Source: an uncultured Acidobacteriota bacterium
Lineage (GTDB): Bacteria > Acidobacteriota > Terriglobia > Terriglobales > Acidobacteriaceae
Reading direction: 5' to 3'
NCBI GenBank assembly: GCA_963849065.1
Contig: CAWKFM010000003.1
Location: forward strand, 44,292-108,291
Length of the DNA stretch: 64,000 nucleotides
In this document: positions 28,263 to 40,319 of the stretch, piece after piece
Layout: every line of letters starts with the position of its first letter
How positions within the stretch are numbered: position 1 is the first letter of the stretch
Translations under genes and position numbers: made by a program
Notes under the pieces: generated by a model
The model's database searches: none
What the model saw: only the letters and a program-made list of their open reading frames with translations
What the model was told of the DNA's origin: nothing

Positions 28263-29570
28263 ATGGTGAATCGTTCCTCCGCTCCTGTGCTCTGGTTTAT
28301 AGTGGAGTTTCATACGGAAGAGAAGCCATTGTATTTCCTGAATTCCCGTTTTCGCCGGCTCTCCCGGGGCCTAGTTTTTCGATTCGCGCCCGTGTTTATG
28401 CTATTCCTAGCCTCCTGCGCGCGCACGGGCCCGGTCGGCAGCGGAGAAATCATGTACGTTTCGGCGCCCTCGGCCAACCTCCGCGACCACGTCTCCGCCG
28501 TCTACAACCGCGTCGGCACGGTCACCAACGGCGATCGCGTCGTCGTCTTGGAGCGCCAGCACCGCTTCGTACGCGTGCGCACCGCACAGAAGGTGGAAGG
28601 CTGGATCGAGTTGCGCGCGCTGGTGCCCCGCGAAACCTTCGATCAGTTCCAGCATCTCAGCAAAGACAATCGCACCACGCCCGTCGAGGGCCACGGTCTC
28701 ACCCGCGTCGAGCTGAACATGCACGTCTCTCCCGGACGCGAGACCGACACGCTCTACCAGCTCGCCGAAAATTCCAAGGTGGAAATGCTCAAGCGCGCCG
28801 CCACTGTGCGCGCCACGCCTGAGGAAGTCGCCGCTAAAAAAGCCGCCGAGCTGGCCCGTGCCGCAGGCGAACCCATAAAGCCCGAGCCGAAAAAGAAACT
28901 CCATACCCAGCCACCGGCCGCGCCTGTGTCGAAGCCAGCTCAGCCGGCGGCCGCGCCTGCGAATCAAGCAGCGCCAGCAAGCCATCCCGAAGAAGCCCAG
29001 CCCAAGCCGATGGACGACTGGTGGCTGGTGCGCGATGCGCAGGGCCACACCGGCTGGGTGCTGGCGCGCATGGTTGATCTCGATCTCCCTCTCGATGTGG
29101 TGCAGTATGCCGAGGGCCAGCGCATCCTTTCGGCCTTTGTGCTCAACACCGTGCAGGACGAGCAGAAGGGCACCATCCCCCAGTACCTGGTGCTGCTCAA
29201 CGAAAACCACGACGGCATCGCCTATGACTTCAACCAGGTTCGCGTCTTCACCTGGAACCTGAAGAAGCATCGCTATGAGACCGGCTACCGCGAACACTTC
29301 ATCATGGGATATTTTCCGGCCACGGTCTCGACGGAGAACTTTGACCGCGAGGGCATCGAGCCGGTCTTCACCTTGCGCGAACAGAACGAGGACGGCTCCA
29401 TCACTCCGCGCAAGTACCGGCTCATCGGCAACGTAGTGCGGCAGGTGCTGGCTCCCGGTGAGGTGCCGCCTCATGCCGCCCATTCACCCGACGAGCCCAA
29501 GTCGAAGTCCGCGGCGGAAAAGAAATTGCTTCACCACAAAAGCGGCGCGCCCCCCGGCAAAAAATCCTGA
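28263..29570 (+). CDS. SH3b-domain protein with Ala/Pro-rich linker (possibly a lipoprotein)
   Basis: LFLASCA lipobox-like segment and SH3b-like sequence (LRDHVSAVYNRVGTVTNGDRVVVLERQHRFVRVRTAQKVEGWI). The start is uncertain (28263 or about 28398). Confidence 0.5.
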   Translation: MVNRSSAPVLWFIVEFHTEEKPLYFLNSRFRRLSRGLVFRFAPVFMLFLASCARTGPVGSGEIMYVSAPSANLRDHVSAVYNRVGTVTNGDRVVVLERQHRFVRVRTAQKVEGWIELRALVPRETFDQFQHLSKDNRTTPVEGHGLTRVELNMHVSPGRETDTLYQLAENSKVEMLKRAATVRATPEEVAAKKAAELARAAGEPIKPEPKKKLHTQPPAAPVSKPAQPAAAPANQAAPASHPEEAQPKPMDDWWLVRDAQGHTGWVLARMVDLDLPLDVVQYAEGQRILSAFVLNTVQDEQKGTIPQYLVLLNENHDGIAYDFNQVRVFTWNLKKHRYETGYREHFIMGYFPATVSTENFDREGIEPVFTLREQNEDGSITPRKYRLIGNVVRQVLAPGEVPPHAAHSPDEPKSKSAAEKKLLHHKSGAPPGKKS

Positions 29571-29691
29571 ATTCCGGACTCCGGCTCAGGACTTCATGGC
29601 AAAATTTCCCGCCCAAACTTCTACGCAGGGCAATCCATCCCCGCAGGGCCAACGCGAATCCTACTCTCTGCAAAACGGAGGAATTGCGGTC

Positions 29692-29916
29692 ATGGCTGAA
29701 AAGATCAAGAAGTTGGACCTCCAGCGGGATTATAAGAAGTTCCTTTACTTCATCGATGGCGAGGGCAACGTTTGCCACAAGCCGAAGAGCGGAGGAGGCG
29801 AGTCGAAGGTCCTGTTGCAGCATGCCGTAGAGCGTGACAACCAGTACCTCTACTTCATCGACAAGCAGGGCGACATCTCGCGCTCGCCCCGCGGCCAGAA
29901 AAAGAAAGCCGCATAA
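29692..29916 (+). CDS. small protein with an internal duplicated (F/Y)LYFID-G-(N/D)(V/I) repeat
   Basis: KKFLYFIDGEGNVCHKPK and NQYLYFIDKQGDISRSPR are visible in the translation. The start is uncertain. Confidence 0.35.
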   Translation: MAEKIKKLDLQRDYKKFLYFIDGEGNVCHKPKSGGGESKVLLQHAVERDNQYLYFIDKQGDISRSPRGQKKKAA

Positions 29917-29953
29917 TGCCGCAGCCGGTTCTGAGCAGGCGCCCCGCCGTGCC

Positions 29954-31651
29954 ATGAGTTGCGCGATCAGCAACCCAGGCTGGAACATGTACGTCTTCCG
30001 CGACGGCAGGCGCACCGTCAGCGGAACGGAGTTGGTCACCTGCCTGCGGGCTGCGCTGCTGCGCTGGCGCAGTGCGACTCCGGAGGACTGCGAAGACCGC
30101 CTGCTGGCCGCGCTGATCGCCGCCGGAGAGCTGGAATGTGCGTTGCTGGACGGCTCCGAAGGCAATGCTTCCCTGCCAGATATCTCTTGCGAAATTGCCT
30201 CGGAGATCACCGACGCACTGGCCGAGGGTCTCTTCACCAAACATAAAGATTCACTTTCATCAATCTTGCAGAAGGTGGAGCAACTCCGCATCGGAGATCG
30301 CTGCGAGGTTGCCGTGCAGGAGGGATTCGCCTACTATGCGCTGCACCCGCGCAAAGTAGCCATGCTCATCGAGGAGCTAGGGTACGGCACACGCCTCGAA
30401 ACGTGCGTCTGCGTGCTGGGAATCCGCAGTATCGGAGTCACCCTGGGTGCGGTGGCCTGCGCCGCGCTTACCCTGCGCGGCATCCCTTGCCGGCGCATCA
30501 GCGTGCGGCCCACAGGCCATCCTTATGATCGCCGGTTGGAGGTGAGCCCACTTCTGCGCCAATGGATTGAGCTGGCCGGCGATGCGGAGTTCCTGATCAT
30601 AGACGAAGGGCCGGGCATCAGCGGCTCGTCTTTTCTGGCGGTGGCCGAGGCGCTGGAAGGCTGTGGAGTCGCGAACAGCCGGATTCACCTGATCGGCAGC
30701 CGCGCGGTGGATCCTGCGACGTTGCGCGCCGCCGATGCAAGCCGGCGCTGGCGGCGCTACCACTTTCACCTGATTCAGTCGGCGCCGCTGGCTCCGCCCG
30801 GCGCGGGTATGGACATTTCAGGCGGCGAATGGCGAAGGCATTTTCGCTATCCGGCGGACACCATGCCCGCGGCATGGCCGTCGCTGGAGCCAGCCAGGTT
30901 TCTGGCGCGCGACGAGCAGAGCATCTTCCGCTTCGAAGGCTTTGGACACTATGGCGAGGCTGTGGGCGCTCGGGCAGCACTGCTGGCAGACCGCGGCTAC
31001 GCGCCACGCTATTTGGGCCACCGCCGTGGCTTTGGCGAATATGCCCTGGTGCCCGGACGGACGCTGACATTAGCCGATTGCTCGCGTGAATTGCTGGAGA
31101 GAATGGCGAGCTATCTGGCCTTGCGCTGCACCGGCTTTGCAAGCCAGGCGGAGCAGACCCCCGAGTTGGAAACCATGCTGCGCTGGAACTGGCTGAACGA
31201 ATTCGGCGAAGAGCTAGCCGGCGCGGAGTCGCAGATGAATACGGAGCGTGTGGCGATCTGCGACGGACGCATGCTGCCGCACGAATGGCTGCGCACCGAG
31301 CCGGGAGTGCTGCTGAAGCTGGACGCAGGCACCCACGGCGACAATCATTTTTTCCCCGGCCCCTGCGACATTGCCTGGGATGTGGCGGGAACCATCGTGG
31401 AGTGGCAGATCGGAGGCAACGCGCGCGACTACTTCGTCGGCGAATACATGCGGCGCTCCGGCGACACGATTCGCGAACGGCTCCATCCCTACCTGCTGGC
31501 CTACACCACGTTTCGCATGGGATGGTCGCGGATGGCAGCGGCAGCCATGCAAGGTGAATTCGACGCGGCGCTGCTGGAACGCGACTACCAGCGCTACCGG
31601 ACGCAGGCGCAGTTCCTGCGGCTGCGCAGCGGGGCAGCGCAATCGGCGTGA
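29954..31651 (+). CDS. hypothetical two-domain protein (N-terminal PRTase-like FLIIDEGPGISGSS, C-terminal kinase-like HGDNH...DIAWD)
   Basis: Long ORF with normal coding composition directly upstream of hypF. The motif resemblance is weak. Confidence 0.5.
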   Translation: MSCAISNPGWNMYVFRDGRRTVSGTELVTCLRAALLRWRSATPEDCEDRLLAALIAAGELECALLDGSEGNASLPDISCEIASEITDALAEGLFTKHKDSLSSILQKVEQLRIGDRCEVAVQEGFAYYALHPRKVAMLIEELGYGTRLETCVCVLGIRSIGVTLGAVACAALTLRGIPCRRISVRPTGHPYDRRLEVSPLLRQWIELAGDAEFLIIDEGPGISGSSFLAVAEALEGCGVANSRIHLIGSRAVDPATLRAADASRRWRRYHFHLIQSAPLAPPGAGMDISGGEWRRHFRYPADTMPAAWPSLEPARFLARDEQSIFRFEGFGHYGEAVGARAALLADRGYAPRYLGHRRGFGEYALVPGRTLTLADCSRELLERMASYLALRCTGFASQAEQTPELETMLRWNWLNEFGEELAGAESQMNTERVAICDGRMLPHEWLRTEPGVLLKLDAGTHGDNHFFPGPCDIAWDVAGTIVEWQIGGNARDYFVGEYMRRSGDTIRERLHPYLLAYTTFRMGWSRMAAAAMQGEFDAALLERDYQRYRTQAQFLRLRSGAAQSA

Positions 31652-31763
31652 GTGGCATCACACGGGATGGTGACACGCGCCCTCCCCGGAAGTGACTCCG
31701 GAAACTAGCCTGCTGATGGGGCAACGCGCACATTGATAGCGGCCCGATGCGAAAAGGGGAAGC

Positions 31764-34150
<2,387 letters not shown>

Positions 34151-34160
<10 letters not shown>

Positions 34161-34420
34161 CAGTGCCGGGAAAGATCGTCAGTGTGAGCGGCGAAGATTT
34201 GGCACGGCAGGCCCGCGTTGATTTTGGCGGCGTGCTGAAGGAAGTGAACCTGGCCTACGTTCCGGAGGCGCAGATTGGCGAATACGTGCTGGTCCATGTC
34301 GGCTTCGCCATCAGCGTGGTGGACGAGGAAGAGGCGGGCAAGGTTTTCGGCTATCTCAAAGAGATGGGCGAGCTGGGCGAGTTGGGCGATCTGACGCCGA
34401 ATCCGGGAGTAAAGCAGTGA
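34151..34420 (+). CDS. hypC: hydrogenase maturation chaperone HypC/HupF family
   Basis: [11 protein letters not shown]-terminus. Confidence 0.95.
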
Positions 34421-35526
34421 AATATCAATCGGAGTATCGCGACGCAGGCGCCGCGCAGGGCTTTGCGCAGCAGATTCGCAAAATCACCACGCGGCCCTGG
34501 ACGCTCATGGAGATCTGTGGCGGACAGACCCACGCCATCGTGAAATTTGGGCTGGACGAGTTGCTGCCGGAAAAGATTGAACTGGTGCATGGGCCGGGCT
34601 GTCCGGTGTGCGTCACGCCGCTGGAACTGATCGACAAGGCGGTGCAGATCGCAATGCGGCCCGAGGTCATCTTCTGCTCCTTTGGCGACATGCTGCGGGT
34701 GCCGGGAAGCGATTCCGATCTGTTCGGCATCAAGGCGCGCGGAGGCGATGTGCGCATTCTGTATTCGCCGCTCGAAGCGCTGAAGATCGCGAAGGAAAAT
34801 CCCAACAAAGAGATTGTTTTTTTCGCCGTTGGCTTTGAGACGACGGCTCCGGCACATGCCATGGCCGTTTATCAGGCCAAGCAGCAGGGGATCAAGAATT
34901 TCTCGGTGCTGGTATCGATCGTGCTAGTGCCGCCGGCGATGGAGGCGATACTGGGTTCGGAGACCAATCGGGTGCAGGGATTTCTGGCCGCCGGACACGT
35001 CTGCGCCATCATGGGCTATGACGAATACCTCCCGATTGCGGCCAAGTACAAGGTTCCCATCGTGGTGACGGGATTTGAGCCGCTCGATATTCTGCAAGGC
35101 ATTGAGATGTGCGTGGCGCAGCTGGAAGAAGGGCGCCACGAGGTGGAGAACCAGTACACGCGGGCGGTTACCGAGGGCGGAAACCTGCCGGCGCAGCACT
35201 ACATCAAGGAAGTGTTCCGCGTGGTGAACCGCAAGTGGCGCGGCATTGGAGAGATTGGCTCCAGCGGCGTGGGCCTGCGTCCGGAATACGCCGAGTATGA
35301 CGCCGAGCTGCGCTTCAACGTGGGCGGCTATACTGCAGAGGAGAGCCCGCTGTGCATCAGCGGCCTCATCATGCAAGGTCAGAAGAAGCCGCACGAGTGC
35401 AGCGCCTTCGGCAAGCAGTGCACGCCGGAGAAGCCGCTGGGCGCGCCCATGGTTTCCAACGAAGGCGCCTGCGCCGCGTACTACCGTTACCGCCGCGCCG
35501 AGCTGGCCACCGCGGGAAAGAGATAA
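34417..35526 (+). CDS. hypD: hydrogenase maturation protein HypD
   Basis: [14 protein letters not shown] and FETTAP motifs. Confidence 0.95.
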   Translation: MKYQSEYRDAGAAQGFAQQIRKITTRPWTLMEICGGQTHAIVKFGLDELLPEKIELVHGPGCPVCVTPLELIDKAVQIAMRPEVIFCSFGDMLRVPGSDSDLFGIKARGGDVRILYSPLEALKIAKENPNKEIVFFAVGFETTAPAHAMAVYQAKQQGIKNFSVLVSIVLVPPAMEAILGSETNRVQGFLAAGHVCAIMGYDEYLPIAAKYKVPIVVTGFEPLDILQGIEMCVAQLEEGRHEVENQYTRAVTEGGNLPAQHYIKEVFRVVNRKWRGIGEIGSSGVGLRPEYAEYDAELRFNVGGYTAEESPLCISGLIMQGQKKPHECSAFGKQCTPEKPLGAPMVSNEGACAAYYRYRRAELATAGKR

Positions 35527-35529
35527 CCG

Positions 35530-36585
35530 ATGACCACCCTGAAAGACTTTACGCTAAGCTGCCCGCTCCCGATCAGCGACTATCCGACGGTGACGCTGGC
35601 CCACGGCGGCGGCGGCAAGCTGATGCATCAGCTGATCGAGAAGATGATTCTTCCGGCCTTCAACAGCCCTCTGCTGGAGACGCGGCACGATGGCGCGGTC
35701 TTCGATCTGGGCGGCGCGCGGCTGGCTTTCACCACCGACTCTTACGTGGTCAATCCTCTGTTTTTTCCCGGCGGCGACATCGGTTCGCTGGCCATCAACG
35801 GCACGGTCAACGATCTTTCGATGTGCGGCGCGCGTCCGGTTTACCTGAGCTGCGGCTTCATTCTCGAAGAAGGACTCGCGATGGAGACGCTGTGGGCGGT
35901 GGTGCAGAGCCTGAAGCGCTCGGCCGAAATTGCCGGCGTGCAACTGGTGACCGGCGACACCAAGGTGGTCGATCGCGGCAAAGGCGACGGCGTGTTCATC
36001 AACACGGCGGGAGTGGGCGTGATCGAACACGGATTGACGATCGCGCCGGCCAGTGTGCGAGAGGGCGACGTGGTGCTGCTCAGCGGCGATGTGGGCTGTC
36101 ACGGCATCGCCATTATGGCCATGCGGCAGGGCTTGGAGTTCGAGTCGGCGATTGAGAGCGACTGCGCTCCGTTGAACGGGCCGGTGCAGGATTTGATCGC
36201 GGGACAAATCGCTGTGCACTGCCTGCGAGACCTAACACGCGGCGGATTGGGCACTACGCTGATCGAAATTGCCGAGGCCACGGGATTGCAGATCACCATC
36301 GACGAGTTGAGGATTCCGGTGCGCGACGACGTAGCCGGCGCCTGCGAGGTGCTGGGCTTCGACCCGCTGTACCTGGCCAACGAGGGGCGCATGATCGTCT
36401 TTGTGCCGGAGAGCGATGCCGGGCGCGCGCTGGAGTTGCTGCGCGGCAATCCGAACTCCGCCGGGGCCGTGGAGATTGGCCGCGTCTCCTCGGGTGGCGG
36501 AGGCCTGGTGAAGATGAAGAGTCGCATCGGCACCATGCGCATTATCGACATGCTGAGCGGAGAGCAACTGCCGCGCATCTGCTGA
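35530..36585 (+). CDS. hypE: hydrogenase maturation protein HypE
   Basis: PurM-like fold with the C-terminal PRIC motif. Confidence 0.95.
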   Translation: MTTLKDFTLSCPLPISDYPTVTLAHGGGGKLMHQLIEKMILPAFNSPLLETRHDGAVFDLGGARLAFTTDSYVVNPLFFPGGDIGSLAINGTVNDLSMCGARPVYLSCGFILEEGLAMETLWAVVQSLKRSAEIAGVQLVTGDTKVVDRGKGDGVFINTAGVGVIEHGLTIAPASVREGDVVLLSGDVGCHGIAIMAMRQGLEFESAIESDCAPLNGPVQDLIAGQIAVHCLRDLTRGGLGTTLIEIAEATGLQITIDELRIPVRDDVAGACEVLGFDPLYLANEGRMIVFVPESDAGRALELLRGNPNSAGAVEIGRVSSGGGGLVKMKSRIGTMRIIDMLSGEQLPRIC

Positions 36586-36627
36586 ACCCGGCGCTTGCTC
36601 GGGCTTCGCGTCGGGTAGGCGGCAAAT

Positions 36628-36680
36628 GGCGCCGCTCCGGCCGCGGAGGCTCAGGCGTCGGCGCCCGGTTTTGTTTTGGC
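36628..36680 (+). terminator. possible terminator after hypE
   Basis: GGCGCCG...CGGCGCC outer stem with inner CTCCG/CGGAG stem, then GGTTTTGTTTTGG. Confidence 0.35.
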
Positions 36681-36789
36681 TTTTGCCAATTCGCCTCCCA
36701 GGGCGGGACGCCGACACATCCTCAGGTGAGCATCATCACATCGTCGGGTTTACTCCACGCCTACACTCGATTGCAGAATGGTGGGGGCG

Positions 36790-36808
36790 GTCTTTTGTGC
36801 CAAAAGAC
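36790..36808. promoter_or_regulatory. inverted repeat GTCTTTT-gtgcc-AAAAGAC upstream of hoxE
   Basis: Perfect 7-bp arms ending 36 nt upstream of ATG 36845. Confidence 0.25.
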
Positions 36809-36844
36809 TGCGCTGTGTAATGAATTCGGACCGAGGAGCGATGC

Positions 36845-37378
36845 ATGCAACTTACACCGAAGACAATTCCGCCCCCCTCCGACGATAAGCGGTGGAAGTT
36901 CGTCGACAGAACGATGCGCCGTCACGGTCACGAACCGCACGCGCTGATCGAGGTGCTGCATTCGGTGCAGGAAACCTTCGGCTTTCTCACCGACGACGCC
37001 CTGAAGTACGTGGCGGCCTCGCTGCGGGTGCCGTTAAGCAAAGTGTATGGCGTGGCCACCTTTTACCACTTCTTCACCATGGAGCCAGCGGGCGAGCATA
37101 CCTGCGTCATCTGCACCGGAACAGCATGTTACATCAAGGGCGCGCCCGCACTGCTGAACGCGGTGGGCGAGGTTGCCGGAATCAAGGCGGGCGAAACCAC
37201 TCCCGACGGCAGGCTGTCGTTGCTCACGGCGCGCTGCGTGGGCTCCTGCGGACTGGCGCCGGCGGTGGTCTTTGACACCCAGCTAACCGGCAAGATGACC
37301 ACCGAATCGATCAAGCAGCGGATCTCGGCCTACGTGGGCAGTGAGCCCGAATCGCTGGTGGTAGAGGAGCACCGATGA
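36845..37378 (+). CDS. hoxE: bidirectional hydrogenase diaphorase subunit (NuoE-like, 2Fe-2S)
   Basis: NuoE-type Cys pattern (CTGTAC...CVGSCGLAP). Confidence 0.85.
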   Translation: MQLTPKTIPPPSDDKRWKFVDRTMRRHGHEPHALIEVLHSVQETFGFLTDDALKYVAASLRVPLSKVYGVATFYHFFTMEPAGEHTCVICTGTACYIKGAPALLNAVGEVAGIKAGETTPDGRLSLLTARCVGSCGLAPAVVFDTQLTGKMTTESIKQRISAYVGSEPESLVVEEHR

Positions 37379-39033
37379 ATCAGGACGATCTGGCCAATAT
37401 CGCGGCCCAGGCCAAACAGAGCGACAGCAGCTACGATCACGTCGTCAAGGTCTGCGTGGCTTCCAGCTGCCTCTCCGCCAACTCCGAGCACGTGAAGACG
37501 CTGCTGGAGCGCGAAGTGAAGCAGCGCGGCCTGGAGAGCTGCTGCAAGGTGAAGGGAGTGGGCTGCATGGGGCTGTGCGCCGCCGGCCCGCTGGTGTCCG
37601 CCGACAGCAACGAGAAGAGGTTCCAGGGCGTGACCCCGGAAGACGCCGCCGCCATCATCGACAGCGTGGTGGACGATGTGCCCGCCCCCGCCGCGCTGGC
37701 GATGGACAGCAAGCTGGAGTTCTTCGTCAAGCAGAACAAGATCGTGCTCGAAAACTGCGGCGAAATCGACCCCGAGCGGATCGAGGACTATATCTCCGCG
37801 GATGGCTACGAGGCGCTGTTTCACTGCATCACCCGGCTTGAACCGCTGGGCGTTATCGAGCAGATCACGCGCAGCGGCCTGCGCGGACGCGGCGGCGCCG
37901 GATTCCCCACCGGGCTTAAATGGATTACGGTGCACAAGGCAGGCGGCGACCGCAAATTCGTCATCTGCAATGCCGACGAGGGCGATCCCGGTGCCTTCAT
38001 GGACCGCAGCGTGCTGGAAGGTGATCCGCACCGCGTGCTCGAAGGCATGGCGATTGCCGGCTATGCGGTGGGAGCCCATCGCGGCTTCATCTACTGCCGC
38101 GCCGAGTATCCGCTGGCGGTCGAGCGGCTGCGCCAGGCGATTCGCCAGGCCGAGAGCCACGGAATGCTGGGCATGAACATCGGCGACACTCACTTCGACT
38201 TCAAAGTCGAAGTCCGGCTAGGCGCGGGCGCCTTCGTCTGCGGCGAGGAGACGGCCCTGATCGCCTCCATCGAGGGCGGGCGCGGCACGCCGCGTCCACG
38301 TCCTCCGTTCCCAGCGCAGACAGGACTGTGGAATGCGCCCACGCTGATCAACAACGTGGAAACCTTCGCCAACGTTGCGCCCATCATCCGCCGCGGCGGC
38401 GAATGGTTTGCCTCCCTCGGCACCGAGAAGAGCAAGGGGACCAAGGTCTTCGCGCTCTCCGGGCGCGTGCAAAACACCGGTGTCATCGAGGTCCCCATGG
38501 GCATGACGCTGCGTGAGATCATCTTCGGGCTGGGCGGAGGAATCCCCGAAGGCCGCCGCTTCAAGGCCGTGCAGTTGGGCGGCCCCTCGGGCGGCTGCGT
38601 TCCAGAGCAGCACCTCGACATCCCGGTGGACTATGACTCGTTGGCCAGCGTCGGCTCCATCATGGGCTCGGGCGGAATGATCGTAATGGATGAAAGTTCC
38701 TGCATGGTCGATGTGGCCAAGTTCTTCATGGATTTCTGCATGTCGGAGTCCTGCGGCAAGTGCGTTCCCTGCCGCGTGGGCACCACCCAGATGCAGAACA
38801 TCCTGGAGCGCATTACGGATGGCGGCGCCGGGGAACACGAACTGGCATTGCTGCACCGGCTGGCTGGCATGGTGAAGGCGGCGAGCCTGTGCGGGTTGGG
38901 GCAGACGGCTCCCAATCCCACGCTGACCACCCTGCGATACTTTATGGACGAATATCGCGCGCACATCGAAGAGGGACGCTGCCCGGCCGGGGTCTGCCAT
39001 CCGGCGAAGGCGGAAGCGGAGGTGGGCGCGTGA
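37375..39033 (+). CDS. hoxF: bidirectional hydrogenase diaphorase subunit (NuoF-like, FMN/NAD(P)H-binding)
   Basis: GRGGAGFPTGLKW, ESCGKCVPCRVG, and an N-terminal thioredoxin-like 2Fe-2S domain. Confidence 0.9.
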   Translation: MNQDDLANIAAQAKQSDSSYDHVVKVCVASSCLSANSEHVKTLLEREVKQRGLESCCKVKGVGCMGLCAAGPLVSADSNEKRFQGVTPEDAAAIIDSVVDDVPAPAALAMDSKLEFFVKQNKIVLENCGEIDPERIEDYISADGYEALFHCITRLEPLGVIEQITRSGLRGRGGAGFPTGLKWITVHKAGGDRKFVICNADEGDPGAFMDRSVLEGDPHRVLEGMAIAGYAVGAHRGFIYCRAEYPLAVERLRQAIRQAESHGMLGMNIGDTHFDFKVEVRLGAGAFVCGEETALIASIEGGRGTPRPRPPFPAQTGLWNAPTLINNVETFANVAPIIRRGGEWFASLGTEKSKGTKVFALSGRVQNTGVIEVPMGMTLREIIFGLGGGIPEGRRFKAVQLGGPSGGCVPEQHLDIPVDYDSLASVGSIMGSGGMIVMDESSCMVDVAKFFMDFCMSESCGKCVPCRVGTTQMQNILERITDGGAGEHELALLHRLAGMVKAASLCGLGQTAPNPTLTTLRYFMDEYRAHIEEGRCPAGVCHPAKAEAEVGA

Positions 39034-39752
39034 ACCATCCCGGGCTTGAGATCCGCACCCTGACGATCGACAACCGCGAGTGCGGCGGCCGCTCCGACCA
39101 GACCATTCTGGAGGTGGCCGAAGAGAATGGCATCTTCATTCCGACGCTCTGCCGGCTCGCGGGCTTGAGCAACATCGGCGCCTGCCGCATGTGCCTGGTC
39201 GAGGTCAAGGGCAACAACAAACTGATGCCAGCCTGCGTCACCATCATTCAGGAGGGCATGGAAGTCACGGTCAACTCTCCGCGGCTGGCCGAGTACCGCC
39301 AGCTGACCCTGGAAATGCTGTTCAGCGAACGCAACCATATCTGTTCGGTGTGTGTGACCAACGGCCACTGCGACCTGCAATCGCTGGCGCAGAAGCTGGG
39401 CGTCAACCACATCACCATCCCTTACCTGCATCCCCTGATGCCGGTCGATGCCTCGCACCCGCGCTTCATTGCCGACCACAACCGCTGCATCCTATGCACA
39501 CGCTGCATACGGGTTTGCCAGGAGATCGAAGGCGCACGCACCTGGGACATGATGGGCCGCGGCACCAAGGCCAGGGTGATCACGGACCTGAATCGTCCGT
39601 GGGGCGAGAGCGAGAGCTGCACCGGCTGCGGCAAATGCGTGCAGGTATGTCCCACCGGCGCACTGAGCGATAAGGGACAGGCCGCCGGCGAGATGCTCAA
39701 GCGCCGCGCCTTTTTGCCCTACTTGAACATGATGCGGGAGGTGGGCAAATGA
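39030..39752 (+). CDS. hoxU: bidirectional hydrogenase diaphorase Fe-S subunit (NuoG N-terminal-like)
   Basis: GTG 39030 overlaps the hoxF stop. 2Fe-2S CRLAGLSNIGACRMC plus 4Fe-4S CILCTRCIRVC and CTGCGKCVQVCP. Confidence 0.85.
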   Translation: MNHPGLEIRTLTIDNRECGGRSDQTILEVAEENGIFIPTLCRLAGLSNIGACRMCLVEVKGNNKLMPACVTIIQEGMEVTVNSPRLAEYRQLTLEMLFSERNHICSVCVTNGHCDLQSLAQKLGVNHITIPYLHPLMPVDASHPRFIADHNRCILCTRCIRVCQEIEGARTWDMMGRGTKARVITDLNRPWGESESCTGCGKCVQVCPTGALSDKGQAAGEMLKRRAFLPYLNMMREVGK

Positions 39753-40312
39753 GCGAAGTAACGCAGAGCGAAGTGACTCCGAGCAAAGCGCGAGTGGCAA
39801 CGGTTTGGCTGGACGGATGCTCGGGCTGCCACATGTCTCTACTGGACATGGACGAGCGGCTAATTCTGCTCGGGGAAAAAATTGAGCTCGTCTACAGCCC
39901 GCTGGTGGACGCCAAGCAGTTTCCCGAGAATGTGGATGTGGCCCTGGTCGAGGGCTCGGTGAGCACAGATGAGGACCTGCACAAGATCAAGCTCATCCGC
40001 AAGAATTCCAAGGTTCTGGTGTCGCTGGGCGACTGCGCGGTGACCGGCAACATCCCCTCCATGCGTACGCTGTTTCCGCTGGCCAAGGTGATGGAGCGCG
40101 TCTACGTGGAGAACTCCACCATCAACTGCCACGCGCCCACTAAGAACGTGCCCAAGCTGCTGGAGCGAGTGCGCCCGTTGCACGAGGTGGTGGCCGTGGA
40201 CATCTACTTGCCAGGCTGCCCGCCTTCGGCCGACAACATTTTCCATGTGATCAGCGAACTGCTGGAAGGGCGCATGCCGGAGATGGATTCCAGCACGCGC
40301 TTCGGATCCTAG
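39749..40312 (+). CDS. hoxY: [NiFe]-hydrogenase small subunit (group 3)
   Basis: [11 protein letters not shown] and YLPGCPP cluster ligands. Confidence 0.9.
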   Translation: MSEVTQSEVTPSKARVATVWLDGCSGCHMSLLDMDERLILLGEKIELVYSPLVDAKQFPENVDVALVEGSVSTDEDLHKIKLIRKNSKVLVSLGDCAVTGNIPSMRTLFPLAKVMERVYVENSTINCHAPTKNVPKLLERVRPLHEVVAVDIYLPGCPPSADNIFHVISELLEGRMPEMDSSTRFGS

Positions 40313-40319
40313 GAGCTGT

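Noticed and set aside
38760-39029. 90-aa N-terminal extension of the HoxU ORF
   Set aside because: It overlaps the hoxF 3' end out of frame. GTG 39030 overlapping the hoxF stop gives the expected ~240-aa HoxU.
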